Positions 1-9,953 of a stretch of 32,632 bases of DNA are shown in pieces. Every line of letters begins with the position of its first letter. Position 1 is the first letter of the stretch. The position numbers were made by a program, and so were the translations under genes. The notes under the pieces are model-generated. The model was not told the DNA's origin. It searched no databases and saw only the letters and a program-made list of their open reading frames with translations. The stretch comes from a virus (Duplodnaviria; Caudoviricetes), in the IMG/VR virus record IMGVR_UViG_3300017766_000824, positions 1 through 32,632 of that record, one strand, 5' to 3'.

Positions 1-189
1 AGCGTTCAAGGATCAACAGGATCTCAAGGATCAGCAGGTGCTAGTGTTCAAGGATCAACAGGCGCCAGCGTTCAAGGATCAACAGGATCTCAAGGATCAG
101 CAGGTGCTAGTGTTCAAGGAACATTAGGAACTCAAGGAAGAACAGGATCTCAAGGAACCGCTGGAACCAATGGAACCAATGGAACCAAT
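1..189 (+). repeat. Coding repeats in tail fibre: exact 54-bp duplication (1-54 = 67-120) and (GGAACCAAT)x3 at 163-189
   Basis: Direct comparison of the sequence. Confidence 0.9.
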
Positions 190-675
190 GGCATTCAAGG
201 AGCAACAGGTGCAACAGGATCGGCTGGGTCAATTACAAATGATACAACTTCTGGCACTACACACTATCCATTGTTAACAACAGCGACTAGCGGTGCTCTT
301 TCTGGAGTTACTGTAAGTTCAACTAAACTATCATTTGTGCCTTCAACTGGAACTGTAACTGCTACAGATTTTGCTGCAACTTCTGACGCAAATTTAAAGA
401 ATGTTATACGCAATATTCAAAATGCTACTGATAAAATAAAGAGCATTAGTGGTGTTGAATTTACTTGGAATAATGTAGCAAAAAATATTGGTGTAAGCGA
501 TAGTGAAGAAGTGCAGATAGGTCTTCTAGCGCATCAAATAAAACAATTATATCCGTCTATGGTTTATACTCATGAAGATGGATATATGAGAGTAAACTAT
601 GACAAATTAATTCCAATTTTAATTGAATCTATCAAAGAACTTAGCGATAAAATTGACAGTATTCAAGGAAAATAA
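1..675 (+). CDS. Tail fibre protein, 3' part (5'-truncated): collagen-like G-X-Y repeats plus C-terminal intramolecular chaperone (peptidase S74-like) domain
   Basis: Frame 1 is open from base 1 (SVQGSTGSQGSAGA...GTNGTNGTNGIQGATGATG) into the 271..675 ORF. It carries S74 motifs TSDANLK, GVEFTW, GLLAHQI, VNYDKLIPILIESIKEL and a coiled-coil end. Confidence 0.85.
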   Translation, partial: SVQGSTGSQGSAGASVQGSTGASVQGSTGSQGSAGASVQGTLGTQGRTGSQGTAGTNGTNGTNGIQGATGATGSAGSITNDTTSGTTHYPLLTTATSGALSGVTVSSTKLSFVPSTGTVTATDFAATSDANLKNVIRNIQNATDKIKSISGVEFTWNNVAKNIGVSDSEEVQIGLLAHQIKQLYPSMVYTHEDGYMRVNYDKLIPILIESIKELSDKIDSIQGK

Positions 676-677
676 GA

Positions 678-1268
678 ATGACTTTGCAAAGTAGCGCAAG
701 TGGCGCAGATCCATTAACATTTAGCGAAATTAGAACAGAATTTTCTTATCAAGGCACATCAACCAGTTTTCGAGCATATTTAAAAAATGCTGGCATAGTA
801 GACAGCGATGATGCTGCTCCATCAGTTCCTACCAGTGGAACTATGAACATGTTAAATTTTTTGGGTGCTGGTATGAGATTGGGTATGATTAGTAATCAAA
901 CCGCAGTTAATGGTTCATTGTCTGGTGTAGGCGGAACGGCAACAGCAAAATATAGATTGCAAAACTCAGGTCAAGCGCAAAAAACGAATGTGTCTGGTAC
1001 TTATGTTAATATTTCTGGGGAATGGTTAGTTGGCGCAGGACCTGTTTCTGATTTTGAAGTATTTGGGACTTGGGGAACTGACCCTGGTGGGTCTATTGGT
1101 GGCGCCACTCCAGATACTTGGTTAGGATTAGGGACTACTAGAGAATTTACTTTTACTGTTGAAAATAATAATTTAATAAGAACGCTCACTCTTCAAATAA
1201 GATACATTCCAACACTAACTGTGGTTGATACTGCAGTAATTACATTCGAAGTTGACAGTGCGCCATAA
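678..1268 (+). CDS. Tail-fibre-associated virion protein (possible adhesin/tip protein)
   Basis: Directly follows the fibre gene. N-terminus MTLQSS...LTFSEIRTEF resembles phage fibre-associated proteins. G/T/S-rich beta-type C-terminus. Confidence 0.5.
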   Translation: MTLQSSASGADPLTFSEIRTEFSYQGTSTSFRAYLKNAGIVDSDDAAPSVPTSGTMNMLNFLGAGMRLGMISNQTAVNGSLSGVGGTATAKYRLQNSGQAQKTNVSGTYVNISGEWLVGAGPVSDFEVFGTWGTDPGGSIGGATPDTWLGLGTTREFTFTVENNNLIRTLTLQIRYIPTLTVVDTAVITFEVDSAP

Positions 1269-1274
1269 TAAATA
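1266..1274 (+). promoter_or_regulatory. T4-type late promoter (TAATAAATA) for gp13
   Basis: Variant of T4 late box TATAAATA 25 nt upstream of gp13. The same TAAATA core precedes other late genes. Confidence 0.6.
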
Positions 1275-1299
1275 TATGGTACACTAAAAGGTAATATTA

Positions 1300-2061
1300 A
1301 TGGCATCACCAGCTTCTCGAGAACAATTAAAGGATTATGCTCTAAGAAAATTAGGGTTTCCTGTAATTGATATTAACGTTGATGACGATCAATTAGATGA
1401 TCGTATTGATGACGCATTGCAAAAATTTAGAGATTTTCATTATGATGGAACAGAAGAAATATACCTTGCCCATCAAGTAACTTCTGGCGACATATCAAAC
1501 ACATATATAACAGTCTCAGATAATATCGTAGGAATAACAAGATTGCTTCCAATTAGTTCTGGTTCAATCAGTTCAGACAGTTCACAAGGATTTAATATAT
1601 TTGATATCAATTATCAAATTAGACTTAACGATTTCTACAATCTATTATCAAGTTCATACACATATTATGTTATAGCAAGAGAACATTTGGCAATGCTTGA
1701 TATGATTGTTACTGGAGAAATACCATTCACGTACAATAAGAAAACAAATAAAATTAATTTGTATATGGATTGGACTGGTCGATTGACTGTTGGTGATTAT
1801 ATTGTTTTCCAGGCAACGCGGATTGTAGAACCAACTACATATACGAAAGTATTTAATGACTCATGGATAAAATCATACACCACTGCGTTATTCAAATTGC
1901 AATGGGGAAATAATATTAACAAATATACTAACTACACACTTCCTGGTGGGTTAGTTGTTAATGGCGAAAAAATCTATAATGACGCAGTTGCAGAACTTGC
2001 TTTGTTAGAAGCGCAACTTAGAGAAGAATACGAACTACCACCACAAATGCTTGTGGGGTGA
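1300..2061 (+). CDS. gp13: Neck protein gp13
   Basis: PASREQLKDYALRKLGFPVIDINV...FHYDG and QWGNNINKY...LPGGLVVNG motifs; synteny. Confidence 0.93.
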   Translation: MASPASREQLKDYALRKLGFPVIDINVDDDQLDDRIDDALQKFRDFHYDGTEEIYLAHQVTSGDISNTYITVSDNIVGITRLLPISSGSISSDSSQGFNIFDINYQIRLNDFYNLLSSSYTYYVIAREHLAMLDMIVTGEIPFTYNKKTNKINLYMDWTGRLTVGDYIVFQATRIVEPTTYTKVFNDSWIKSYTTALFKLQWGNNINKYTNYTLPGGLVVNGEKIYNDAVAELALLEAQLREEYELPPQMLVG

Positions 2062-2064
2062 CAT

Positions 2065-2928
2065 ATGGGCACTAGCGTTTATTTTAACAATCAAAACGCA
2101 ACTCGCGAACAGCATTTAGTTGAAGATTTGATTATTGAATCAATCAAAAATCACGGGATAGACATATACTATATTCCTAGAGATTCTCATTCTAGTACTG
2201 ATGAATTATTTGGTGATGATCCTGTGAAAAAGTTTACGCGAGCATATTCTATTGAAATGTATCTCGAGACTTCTAACGACTTTGAAGGCAACCAAGAATT
2301 TTTCGGTAAATTTGGTTTAGAAATTCAAAAAGCTGCAAAGGTAGCAGTTGCTCGTCGCACCTTCGAAAGATACGTTCCAACAACTGTTCGCAATCTCCCA
2401 AAAGAAGGCGATTTAATTTGGCTTCCTGTTCAACAAAAATTGATGGAAATTCGTTTTGTTGAGGAAGAAAAAAACTTTTTCCAAGCAGGTAAACTTGCGC
2501 CATACATGTATGGATTAAATCTCGAAGTCTTCAAGTACAATGGAGAATTGATTCAAACTGGTATACAAGAAATAGATGACATCACCGACGTAGTTGCGTT
2601 TGCAATTGATTTTACATTGGCAGTTGGTGGAACTGGTACATTTAAAGAAGATGAGGTGGTGTATCAGGGTAACTCATTAGCAGCAGCAACAGCCAAAGGT
2701 TACGTTGCAGGTTGGGATAAGCCTACTCGAATCTTAAAAGTTAGAAATATTAAAGGTGAATTTGCTGCTGGGGCAATAGTTGGTACAAATAGCAGCGCGC
2801 AATGGACAATCGTATCATTAAATGATCAAGAAAACGCAAATGATTTGTATGATGATAATTTTAGAATTCAAACCGAAGCATCTGATTTCATAGATTTTAC
2901 TGAAAACAATCCGTTCGGTGAGCCATAA
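2065..2928 (+). CDS. gp14: Neck protein gp14 (head closure)
   Basis: EQHLVEDLIIESIK..G.DIYYIPR, LFGDD, PKEGDLIW and ENNPFG motifs; synteny. Confidence 0.92.
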   Translation: MGTSVYFNNQNATREQHLVEDLIIESIKNHGIDIYYIPRDSHSSTDELFGDDPVKKFTRAYSIEMYLETSNDFEGNQEFFGKFGLEIQKAAKVAVARRTFERYVPTTVRNLPKEGDLIWLPVQQKLMEIRFVEEEKNFFQAGKLAPYMYGLNLEVFKYNGELIQTGIQEIDDITDVVAFAIDFTLAVGGTGTFKEDEVVYQGNSLAAATAKGYVAGWDKPTRILKVRNIKGEFAAGAIVGTNSSAQWTIVSLNDQENANDLYDDNFRIQTEASDFIDFTENNPFGEP

Positions 2929-3932
2929 TGCTATCCTCTAGACATTTCTATCACAGAACAACTAGAAAATTAGTTGTAGCATTTGGTACAATGTTCAATA
3001 ATTTAAAATTATATCGCTATACAAAAGATGGTGATACTGAGATTGAGCGAGTAACAGTTCCATTAACTTATGCTAACAAAGAAAAGTATTATACACGCAT
3101 AACTCAAGATCCTAATTTGGCGAAACAAACTTTAATCGATTTGCCTAGAATGGCTTTTGAGATGGTTTCTATAACATATGACCCATTAAGAAAAATATCT
3201 AATTATAATGAACTGTTTTCACCAGGACAAGATGGTAATAAAATTACAACAGTTCGTGCTGCGCCATATAATTTTGCTTTTGATCTAAACATATATGTTC
3301 GTAATGTAGAAGATGGGTCACAATTAATTGAACAAATTCTACCATACTTTACACCAGATTATACACTAGCATTAAATTTAACTGGTATACAAAACGACAT
3401 TGTTAATGTGCCGATTGTTTTAGAGTCTATATCATACGAAAATAGAGTTGATTCTGATAAAGAATCAACAAGAGTGATTGTTTGGAATTTAACATTTACA
3501 GTACAGGCATTTTTGTATGGCTACATTAATGATGATATTAAGATTATTCGTAAGGCAATCGCAAATACCTTTGACAGTACTTCGCTACAAAAAAAAGAGC
3601 AGATATTAACATTAGGTTCTGGTTCAGGTGAATACAAAATTGGTGAACTTGTTTTCGTTGGAACTAAACTTTCAACAGCAAACGCTAGCGGATTTGTTGG
3701 TAATTGGAGTAACACATCTAAACAATTATTTGTGACAGATATAGCTGGCGCTCTTAAGACTAACACTAAAATAATTGGTGCAGTTTCTAATGCCTCATAT
3801 ACAATATCCTCTTTTGCGGATACAGATAATAAAATAATGAATTTACAAGTAACGCCAAATCCTAGCAACGCTAGTCCTAATAACGCATTTGGGTTTGATG
3901 AGAGTATTACATATTATCCAAATATAACATGA
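2928..3932 (+). CDS. gp15: Tail sheath stabiliser / tail terminator gp15
   Basis: HFYH...RKLVVAFGTMFNN, VPLTYANKEK, LPRMAFE and QLIEQILPYFTP motifs. Confidence 0.92.
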   Translation: MLSSRHFYHRTTRKLVVAFGTMFNNLKLYRYTKDGDTEIERVTVPLTYANKEKYYTRITQDPNLAKQTLIDLPRMAFEMVSITYDPLRKISNYNELFSPGQDGNKITTVRAAPYNFAFDLNIYVRNVEDGSQLIEQILPYFTPDYTLALNLTGIQNDIVNVPIVLESISYENRVDSDKESTRVIVWNLTFTVQAFLYGYINDDIKIIRKAIANTFDSTSLQKKEQILTLGSGSGEYKIGELVFVGTKLSTANASGFVGNWSNTSKQLFVTDIAGALKTNTKIIGAVSNASYTISSFADTDNKIMNLQVTPNPSNASPNNAFGFDESITYYPNIT

Positions 3933-4330
3933 GTAATGTAGATAAAAACCTAGCAAATATTTTAGATACTGATTATGTTCCTGCGGTTGATAATAAAAAC
4001 CCAATAACAATACATCAATCAGATAACGAGAATCCAGACGCGGATTATTCTCGTTCAAACTATTATAATCTAATCGAGAAAGGTAATGAAGCACTCGATG
4101 GTATTCTAGAAGTTGCTAAAGAATCGCAGCACCCAAGAGCGTACGAAGTTGCTGCAAACATGATTAAGAATCTTTCTGATGTCACAGAGAAACTTATGAT
4201 TTTGCAAAAACAGCAGTTAGATTTAAAACCAAAAGAAGTTGCACCAACAAATATCAACGTAGACAAAGCAGTGTTCGTTGGCTCAACTGCAGATTTATTA
4301 AAGAAACTCAAGAATGAATCTGCAGAATAG
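3929..4330 (+). CDS. gp16: Terminase small subunit gp16
   Basis: DYSRSNYYNLIEKG, HPRAYEVA and VFVGSTADLLK motifs; precedes the large terminase. Confidence 0.93.
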   Translation: MSNVDKNLANILDTDYVPAVDNKNPITIHQSDNENPDADYSRSNYYNLIEKGNEALDGILEVAKESQHPRAYEVAANMIKNLSDVTEKLMILQKQQLDLKPKEVAPTNINVDKAVFVGSTADLLKKLKNESAE

Positions 4331-5942
4331 AATTAAAAATTATTTGGGCAATCCCAAATTAAAACGTATCAATATGCCAATGCAACTCACGGAAGATCAA
4401 GTTCGTGAATTTGTTCGCTGTGCGCAAGATCCGCTGTATTTTATTGAGAACTATGTTAAGATTATTACTCTTGACAAAGGTTTTGTTCAGATTTCTTTAT
4501 ATCCATTTCAGCGACAAGCGATTACAGACATTAATGATAATCGTCGTGTGATTGTAAAGGCTGGTCGTCAGGTGGGTAAGACCACGATGTTTGTTGGATA
4601 TATCCTTTGGTACATTCTTTTCAATGAAGATAAGTTTGTAGCAATTTTAGCAAACAAGGCTCCAACAGCTCGCGAAATTTTAAATCGAATTAAGATTGCA
4701 TATGAGTCTTTACCTTTATGGCTACAGCAGGGCGTTCGTGTATGGAACAAAGGTGACATTGAGTTAGAAAACAACTGTCGAGTGTTAGCGTCTTCTACTG
4801 CTTCATCAGCAATTCGCGGTTACTCTATCTCGTTGTTGTACCTTGATGAGTTTGCATTCGTCCCTAGCAATATCGCTGATGAGTTCTTCACTTCTGTATA
4901 TCCAACTATTTCGTCTGGTACGCAGTCTAAGATTTTAATTTCTTCTACACCAAATGGTATGAACCATTATTATAGAATGTGGACGGAGGCTGTTGAGGGT
5001 CAAAACGGATTTAAGCATATCGAAGCCAATTGGCGTCAAGTGCCAGGTCGTGATCAAGCATGGGCTGACGATCAAAGAAGAATACTCGGTGAAGAAAAGT
5101 TTTTGCAGGAAATGGAATGTGAGTTCATGGGTTCCGCTGGAACTCTTTTGTCGGCTGCAGCACTCAAATCTCTAGCCTTCGTCAAACCATTACATACATC
5201 TGATAATGGAATTAAAATTTATGAGCAGCCTAAAAAAGAACACAGTTACGTTATAGTTGCTGATACTTCTCGCGGCAAGGGATTAGATTACTCAGCATGT
5301 TTGGTAATCGATTGCTCTCTTCCATATAAAGTTGTAGCGACTTATAAAGATAATAATATAAGCCCATTAATTTACCCATCAATTATTAAAAAGATTGGGG
5401 ACTATTACAATCAAGCCTATGCGCTTGTAGAAATTAATGATAATGGACAACAGGTGGTTGATACATTGTTTGAAGATTATGAGTATGAGAACATACTGTC
5501 AACAGTCGAATTAAAGAATAAAATTGCACTAACTTGGGGTTATGGAACAAAATCTAATCGCGGAATTCGCACTACCAAATCCGTTAAGAGATTAGGATGT
5601 TCAATCTTAAAGAGTTTAATTGAGCAAGAAAAACTTATAATACAAGATTTTGACACAATCGCTGAGTTATCGACGTTTATTGCCAGGGGTTCAAGTTTTG
5701 AGGCTGAAGAAGGCAGTCATGACGATTTGGTTATGTGCCTTGTGCTCTTTTCTTGGATCACCAACCAATCATTTTTCGCAGATTTAACCAATACAAATCT
5801 AAAAGAACGGTTATATGAAGATCAAATGAGGCAAATAGAAGAAGATTCATTACCAATGCCACTAGCTGGGCATATTGAAGTTGATAGTCGAGACTATGAT
5901 TTTGTGTCTGGTGGGTCTGTTTGGAAAGTTGTCGATCGTTAA
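4314..5942 (+). CDS. gp17: Terminase large subunit gp17
   Basis: Walker A GRQVGKTT, Walker B LLYLDEFAF, STPNG coupling motif, nuclease acidic motifs (ADTSRG.G.DYS, HDDLVM). No intein or intron seen. Confidence 0.97.
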   Translation: MNLQNRIKNYLGNPKLKRINMPMQLTEDQVREFVRCAQDPLYFIENYVKIITLDKGFVQISLYPFQRQAITDINDNRRVIVKAGRQVGKTTMFVGYILWYILFNEDKFVAILANKAPTAREILNRIKIAYESLPLWLQQGVRVWNKGDIELENNCRVLASSTASSAIRGYSISLLYLDEFAFVPSNIADEFFTSVYPTISSGTQSKILISSTPNGMNHYYRMWTEAVEGQNGFKHIEANWRQVPGRDQAWADDQRRILGEEKFLQEMECEFMGSAGTLLSAAALKSLAFVKPLHTSDNGIKIYEQPKKEHSYVIVADTSRGKGLDYSACLVIDCSLPYKVVATYKDNNISPLIYPSIIKKIGDYYNQAYALVEINDNGQQVVDTLFEDYEYENILSTVELKNKIALTWGYGTKSNRGIRTTKSVKRLGCSILKSLIEQEKLIIQDFDTIAELSTFIARGSSFEAEEGSHDDLVMCLVLFSWITNQSFFADLTNTNLKERLYEDQMRQIEEDSLPMPLAGHIEVDSRDYDFVSGGSVWKVVDR

Positions 5943-5953
5943 AAAACCCAATT

Positions 5954-5962
5954 TACTAAATA
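5954..5962 (+). promoter_or_regulatory. T4-type late promoter (TACTAAATA) for gp18
   Basis: Intergenic, about 40 nt upstream of the gp18 ATG, followed by SD AGGAG. Confidence 0.65.
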
Positions 5963-6002
5963 AACCGTAGAATTTCTATTTCTCCCAGACAGGAGTAAAA
6001 CC

Positions 6003-7745
6003 ATGGCATTTTTAGTTTCCCCAGGAGTGAATACTTCTGAAATTGATCAAACAACAGCTGTTCCACAGGTTGGAACATCAACTGGCGCAACGGTTGGAGT
6101 TTTTCGTTGGGGTCCAGCAAACACTGTAATTCAAGTTTCTAGCGAATCAGATTTGGTTCAACAGTTTTTTGAGCCAGATTTAAACACAGCAACCACATTT
6201 ATTTCCGCAGCAAATTTCTTAGCGTATGGAAATGATCTTCGTGTGGTGCGTGTAGTTAATTCAACAGTTGGCGCCAACTGCTCAAACAACGCAGTTTCCA
6301 ATACCAGCCACTTCGTTACGATTTCTAATGACGAAGATTACTTTAATAACCAATATACTGGCGCGAACACGTTGGTCCAATTTAGCGCACGTTTCCCAGG
6401 ATCTATTGGTAATTCCCTTAAAGTTTCTGTATGTGCTAATGGATCGTCATTCTCAAGCTGGGCATATGCCTCATACTTTGATCGCGCACCAAACACATCT
6501 AACTATGCCGCAACAACAACTGGAAACGCAAATCTTAAGGATGAATTGCACCTTGTAGTCGTTGATGAAGATGGTGCAATTAGCGGTACAGCCAATACAA
6601 TTCTAGAGCGTTGGGCTAATTTATCTAAAGCCAGCGATGCTCGTGGCGACGATGGTTCTTCTATCTACTATAAAGAAGTTCTATACAGAAATTCGCAATG
6701 GATTCATTGGTTAGGTCATGGCGCTGGTTCAAATACAACAAATGTATGGGGTCAAGCAGCTGCAACTGTTAATGCCTCTGGCGATAAGTTCCACCAACCA
6801 CCAGTCGCAAACTATTCGCTCGTTAATGGAGCAGATGGTTCTGTAACCCAGGCAAATATTGTTAATGCTATCGATCTACTTTCCAATAAAGAAAAAATAG
6901 ATATATCATTGTTGTTTGCTGGAGATTGCGGAGTATCTTCAAACTCTGCGATTAATACTGAAACTGTTGCAAACAAATATCTCTCAGTTGCTGCGGATCG
7001 TAAAGACTGTGTAGCATTCGTATCACCAGCCCAAGCAAACGTAGTTGGAGAACAAGCCTCCGCAACAGCAGTTGTCAACTACCGTAATGCGCTATCGGAT
7101 ACATCCTATGGTGTAATGGACTCTGGTTGGAAGTATCAGTACGACAAGTACAACGACATATATCGTTGGATCCCACTCAATGCTGATATTGCTGGTCTTT
7201 GTGTTCGTACAGACCTACAACGCGACCCATGGTTCTCACCAGCTGGTCTAAATCGTGGTCAGATTCGTAATCTAGTCAAACTAGGATTGAATCCAACGCA
7301 ATCAGAGCGCGATACGCTATACAAAGCAGGTGTAAACCCAGTCGTTTCATTCCCAGGAGAAGGTACAGTTCTCTTTGGAGATAAAACGCTACAAAATCGC
7401 CCAAGCGCATTTGATCGTATCAACGTTCGTCGCCTCTTTATTACTCTTGAAAAAGCAATCTCTGCAGCCGCAAGATCAAGCCTCTTTGAGTTTAATGATG
7501 AGTTTACAAGAGCACAATTCGTCGCGCTAGTTGAACCATTCTTGAGAGATGTTCAAGGTCGTCGTGGCATTTATGACTACCGCGTTGTTTGTGACGAAAC
7601 AAACAATACAGCTGCGGTAGTCGATCGCAACGAATTTATAGGCGATATCTATATCAAACCAGCAAGAAGCGTAAACTTTATCCAGTTGAACTTTGTCGCT
7701 GTACGCAGTGGCGTAGCATTCGACGAGATCGTTGGACGCTTCTAA
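6003..7745 (+). CDS. gp18: Tail sheath protein gp18
   Basis: SPGV..SEID, FRWGP, PWFSPAGLNRG, FGDKT, AFDRINVRRLF and IKPARSVNFIQLNF motifs. Confidence 0.97.
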   Translation: MAFLVSPGVNTSEIDQTTAVPQVGTSTGATVGVFRWGPANTVIQVSSESDLVQQFFEPDLNTATTFISAANFLAYGNDLRVVRVVNSTVGANCSNNAVSNTSHFVTISNDEDYFNNQYTGANTLVQFSARFPGSIGNSLKVSVCANGSSFSSWAYASYFDRAPNTSNYAATTTGNANLKDELHLVVVDEDGAISGTANTILERWANLSKASDARGDDGSSIYYKEVLYRNSQWIHWLGHGAGSNTTNVWGQAAATVNASGDKFHQPPVANYSLVNGADGSVTQANIVNAIDLLSNKEKIDISLLFAGDCGVSSNSAINTETVANKYLSVAADRKDCVAFVSPAQANVVGEQASATAVVNYRNALSDTSYGVMDSGWKYQYDKYNDIYRWIPLNADIAGLCVRTDLQRDPWFSPAGLNRGQIRNLVKLGLNPTQSERDTLYKAGVNPVVSFPGEGTVLFGDKTLQNRPSAFDRINVRRLFITLEKAISAAARSSLFEFNDEFTRAQFVALVEPFLRDVQGRRGIYDYRVVCDETNNTAAVVDRNEFIGDIYIKPARSVNFIQLNFVAVRSGVAFDEIVGRF

Positions 7746-7751
7746 TAAATA
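7743..7751 (+). promoter_or_regulatory. T4-type late promoter (TAATAAATA) for gp19
   Basis: Overlaps the gp18 stop codon; SD AGGAG downstream. Confidence 0.6.
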
Positions 7752-7777
7752 GAATAGGATAAAGTCAGGAGAATACA

Positions 7778-8323
7778 ATGGCTTTTAATGTATCTGAATT
7801 TCGTTCTCAAATGCAGTTTGATGGTGCTCGCGCCAATCTTTTTGAAGTCGAAATGAACTTTCCGTTTTTTGCTCTGCCAGGAAACGCAGCAAGAAAGTTA
7901 CGTTTTGTCTGTAAAACTGCGCAGATCCCAGGATCAACAGTAGGTGTGGTGCCAGTACAATACTTCGGTCGCGAAGTAAAATTTGCTGGTAATCGTACAT
8001 TTACAGATTGGACAGTAACGATCCTAAATGATGAGGATTTTATTGTTCGTAATGCCTTCGAAAGATGGATGAATGGGATTAATTCTCATCGCTTCAATAC
8101 TCGCTCTGCTGCAGCAGCAACGCCAACATCTTATGGAACTGACGCTTACGTTAAACACTACGGCAAAACAGGTAAGATTATTAAATCTTACAAGTTTGTT
8201 GGCTTATTCCCAAATGACCTCGCGCCAATCGATTTAGATTGGGGCAATAATGACGCAATCGAAGAATACTCAGTGACTTTTGCATATCAATGGTGGGAAG
8301 CAGCTGCCGAAAGTGTTATTTAA
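7778..8323 (+). CDS. gp19: Tail tube protein gp19
   Basis: GARANLFEV, GREVKFAGNRTFTDWTVTILNDEDF and IEEYSVTFAYQWW motifs. Confidence 0.96.
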   Translation: MAFNVSEFRSQMQFDGARANLFEVEMNFPFFALPGNAARKLRFVCKTAQIPGSTVGVVPVQYFGREVKFAGNRTFTDWTVTILNDEDFIVRNAFERWMNGINSHRFNTRSAAAATPTSYGTDAYVKHYGKTGKIIKSYKFVGLFPNDLAPIDLDWGNNDAIEEYSVTFAYQWWEAAAESVI

Positions 8324-8358
8324 TCGCCTCGGTCGATATTTTATCATGGAGTTAACTT

Positions 8359-9942
8359 ATGGCAGGGATTAACCTATTCGGGTTTCAAATTGTTCGTGAA
8401 AAACCCACAGAACAATTACAACCAGCTGTAACTGCACCAACTACTGATGACGGTGCAGTTACAGTCACATCTGGTGGTTATTTTGGAACTTATCTAGACC
8501 TTGAGTCTAGTTTTAAAACCGAAAACGATCTTATTACAAGATACCGAGAGATGTCAATGCAGCCAGAACTTGAGTCTGCTATTGACGATATCGTAAATGA
8601 ATCAGTAATTCATGACGAGAAGGGTAAGTCTGTTACAATTATCCTAGACGATCTAGATCAACCTGATAACATTAAAGATATGATTCGCGCAGAATTTGAT
8701 GAAGTTTTGCGCTTACTAGATTTCTCTAATAACGGTGGTGATTTATTTCGTCAATGGTACATTGATGGTAGATTATATTACCAGGTTCTAATTGACGAAA
8801 AACAACCTAAACTTGGAATAAGAGATTTAGTTTATCTAGATCCTAGAAAAGTAAAAAAAATCCGAGTCTTAGACAAAAAGAAAGATCCAAGAACAGGCAT
8901 TGAAGTTGTTACAGGCGCCAGAGAATTTTATGTTTATAATGATAAAGCCTCTAACATAGGTCAAACATTTATCTCTTCTCCAACTGATGCTGGAGTAAAA
9001 ATTGCTGCCGATGCAGTTGTAAATGTGAATTCAGGCTTGATGGACCCAAAACGTCAGATGGTATTGGGTTATCTACACAAAGCAATTAAACCACTAAATC
9101 AATTGCGTATGGTTGAAGACGCAATTGTAATTTATCGTATTTCTCGCGCACCAGAACGTCGCGTGTTCTACATCGATGTTGGTAATATGCCGAAGATTAA
9201 ATCAGAACAATATCTTCGTGATATTATGACGAAGTTTAGAAACAAAGTTGTATACGATTCATCAACAGGTGAGATCAAAGACGATCGTAAATTTATGTCA
9301 ATGATGGAAGATTTTTGGATTCCACGTCGCGGTGAAGGTAAGTCAACAGAAATTACAACGCTTCCAGCTGGTGAAAATCTTGGTGAACTTGCTGATGTAA
9401 AATACTTCGAACAAAAACTATACAAGTCATTAAACGTTCCTATTTCACGTTTAGAATCGCAAACTGGATTTACTTTAGGTAGATCAACAGAAATTACTCG
9501 CGATGAATTAAAGTTTATGAAATTTATTGAGCGTCTACGTTCTAAGTTTACATTAATATTTGATGAATTGATGGAACGTCAATTAGCACTTAAAGGCATA
9601 TGTTCAGTCGACGAGTGGAATGAACTCAAACAGAAAATTCACTACGACTTCCTCAAAGATAATAATTTTGCTGAGTTAAAAGATACAGAACTATTAACAG
9701 CAAGATTGCAACTTATGCAATTAATTGATCCATATGTTGGCACATACTTCTCTAAAGCATGGATAAAGAAAAAAGTTTTAAACATGAATGAAGAAGAAGT
9801 TGAAATGATTGAAACTGAATTGGCTGCAGAATTAGAATCGGAGCCAACTCAAAGCGTTGATGTTAGTTCTAATACAAACACAGGAACAACACCTACACCA
9901 AATGACATCAATCAACAATTTGCTATGAGTATTACTAAATAA
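8359..9942 (+). CDS. gp20: Portal protein gp20
   Basis: YLHKAIKPLNQLRMVEDAIVIYRISRAPERRVFYIDVGNMP and EDFWIPRRGEGKSTEITTLP motifs. Confidence 0.97.
   Translation: MAGINLFGFQIVREKPTEQLQPAVTAPTTDDGAVTVTSGGYFGTYLDLESSFKTENDLITRYREMSMQPELESAIDDIVNESVIHDEKGKSVTIILDDLDQPDNIKDMIRAEFDEVLRLLDFSNNGGDLFRQWYIDGRLYYQVLIDEKQPKLGIRDLVYLDPRKVKKIRVLDKKKDPRTGIEVVTGAREFYVYNDKASNIGQTFISSPTDAGVKIAADAVVNVNSGLMDPKRQMVLGYLHKAIKPLNQLRMVEDAIVIYRISRAPERRVFYIDVGNMPKIKSEQYLRDIMTKFRNKVVYDSSTGEIKDDRKFMSMMEDFWIPRRGEGKSTEITTLPAGENLGELADVKYFEQKLYKSLNVPISRLESQTGFTLGRSTEITRDELKFMKFIERLRSKFTLIFDELMERQLALKGICSVDEWNELKQKIHYDFLKDNNFAELKDTELLTARLQLMQLIDPYVGTYFSKAWIKKKVLNMNEEEVEMIETELAAELESEPTQSVDVSSNTNTGTTPTPNDINQQFAMSITK
9933..9941 (+). 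promoter_or_regulatory. T4-type late promoter (TACTAAATA) for prohead core genes
   Basis: At the end of gp20, followed by SD GGAG and the ATG at 9954. Confidence 0.55.
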
Positions 9943-9953
9943 TTGGAGATAAT

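Noticed and set aside
1-189. Repeats as a CRISPR array or DGR variable repeat
   Set aside because: In-frame coding repeats without unique spacers or adenine-specific variation; no cas or reverse transcriptase gene in the window.
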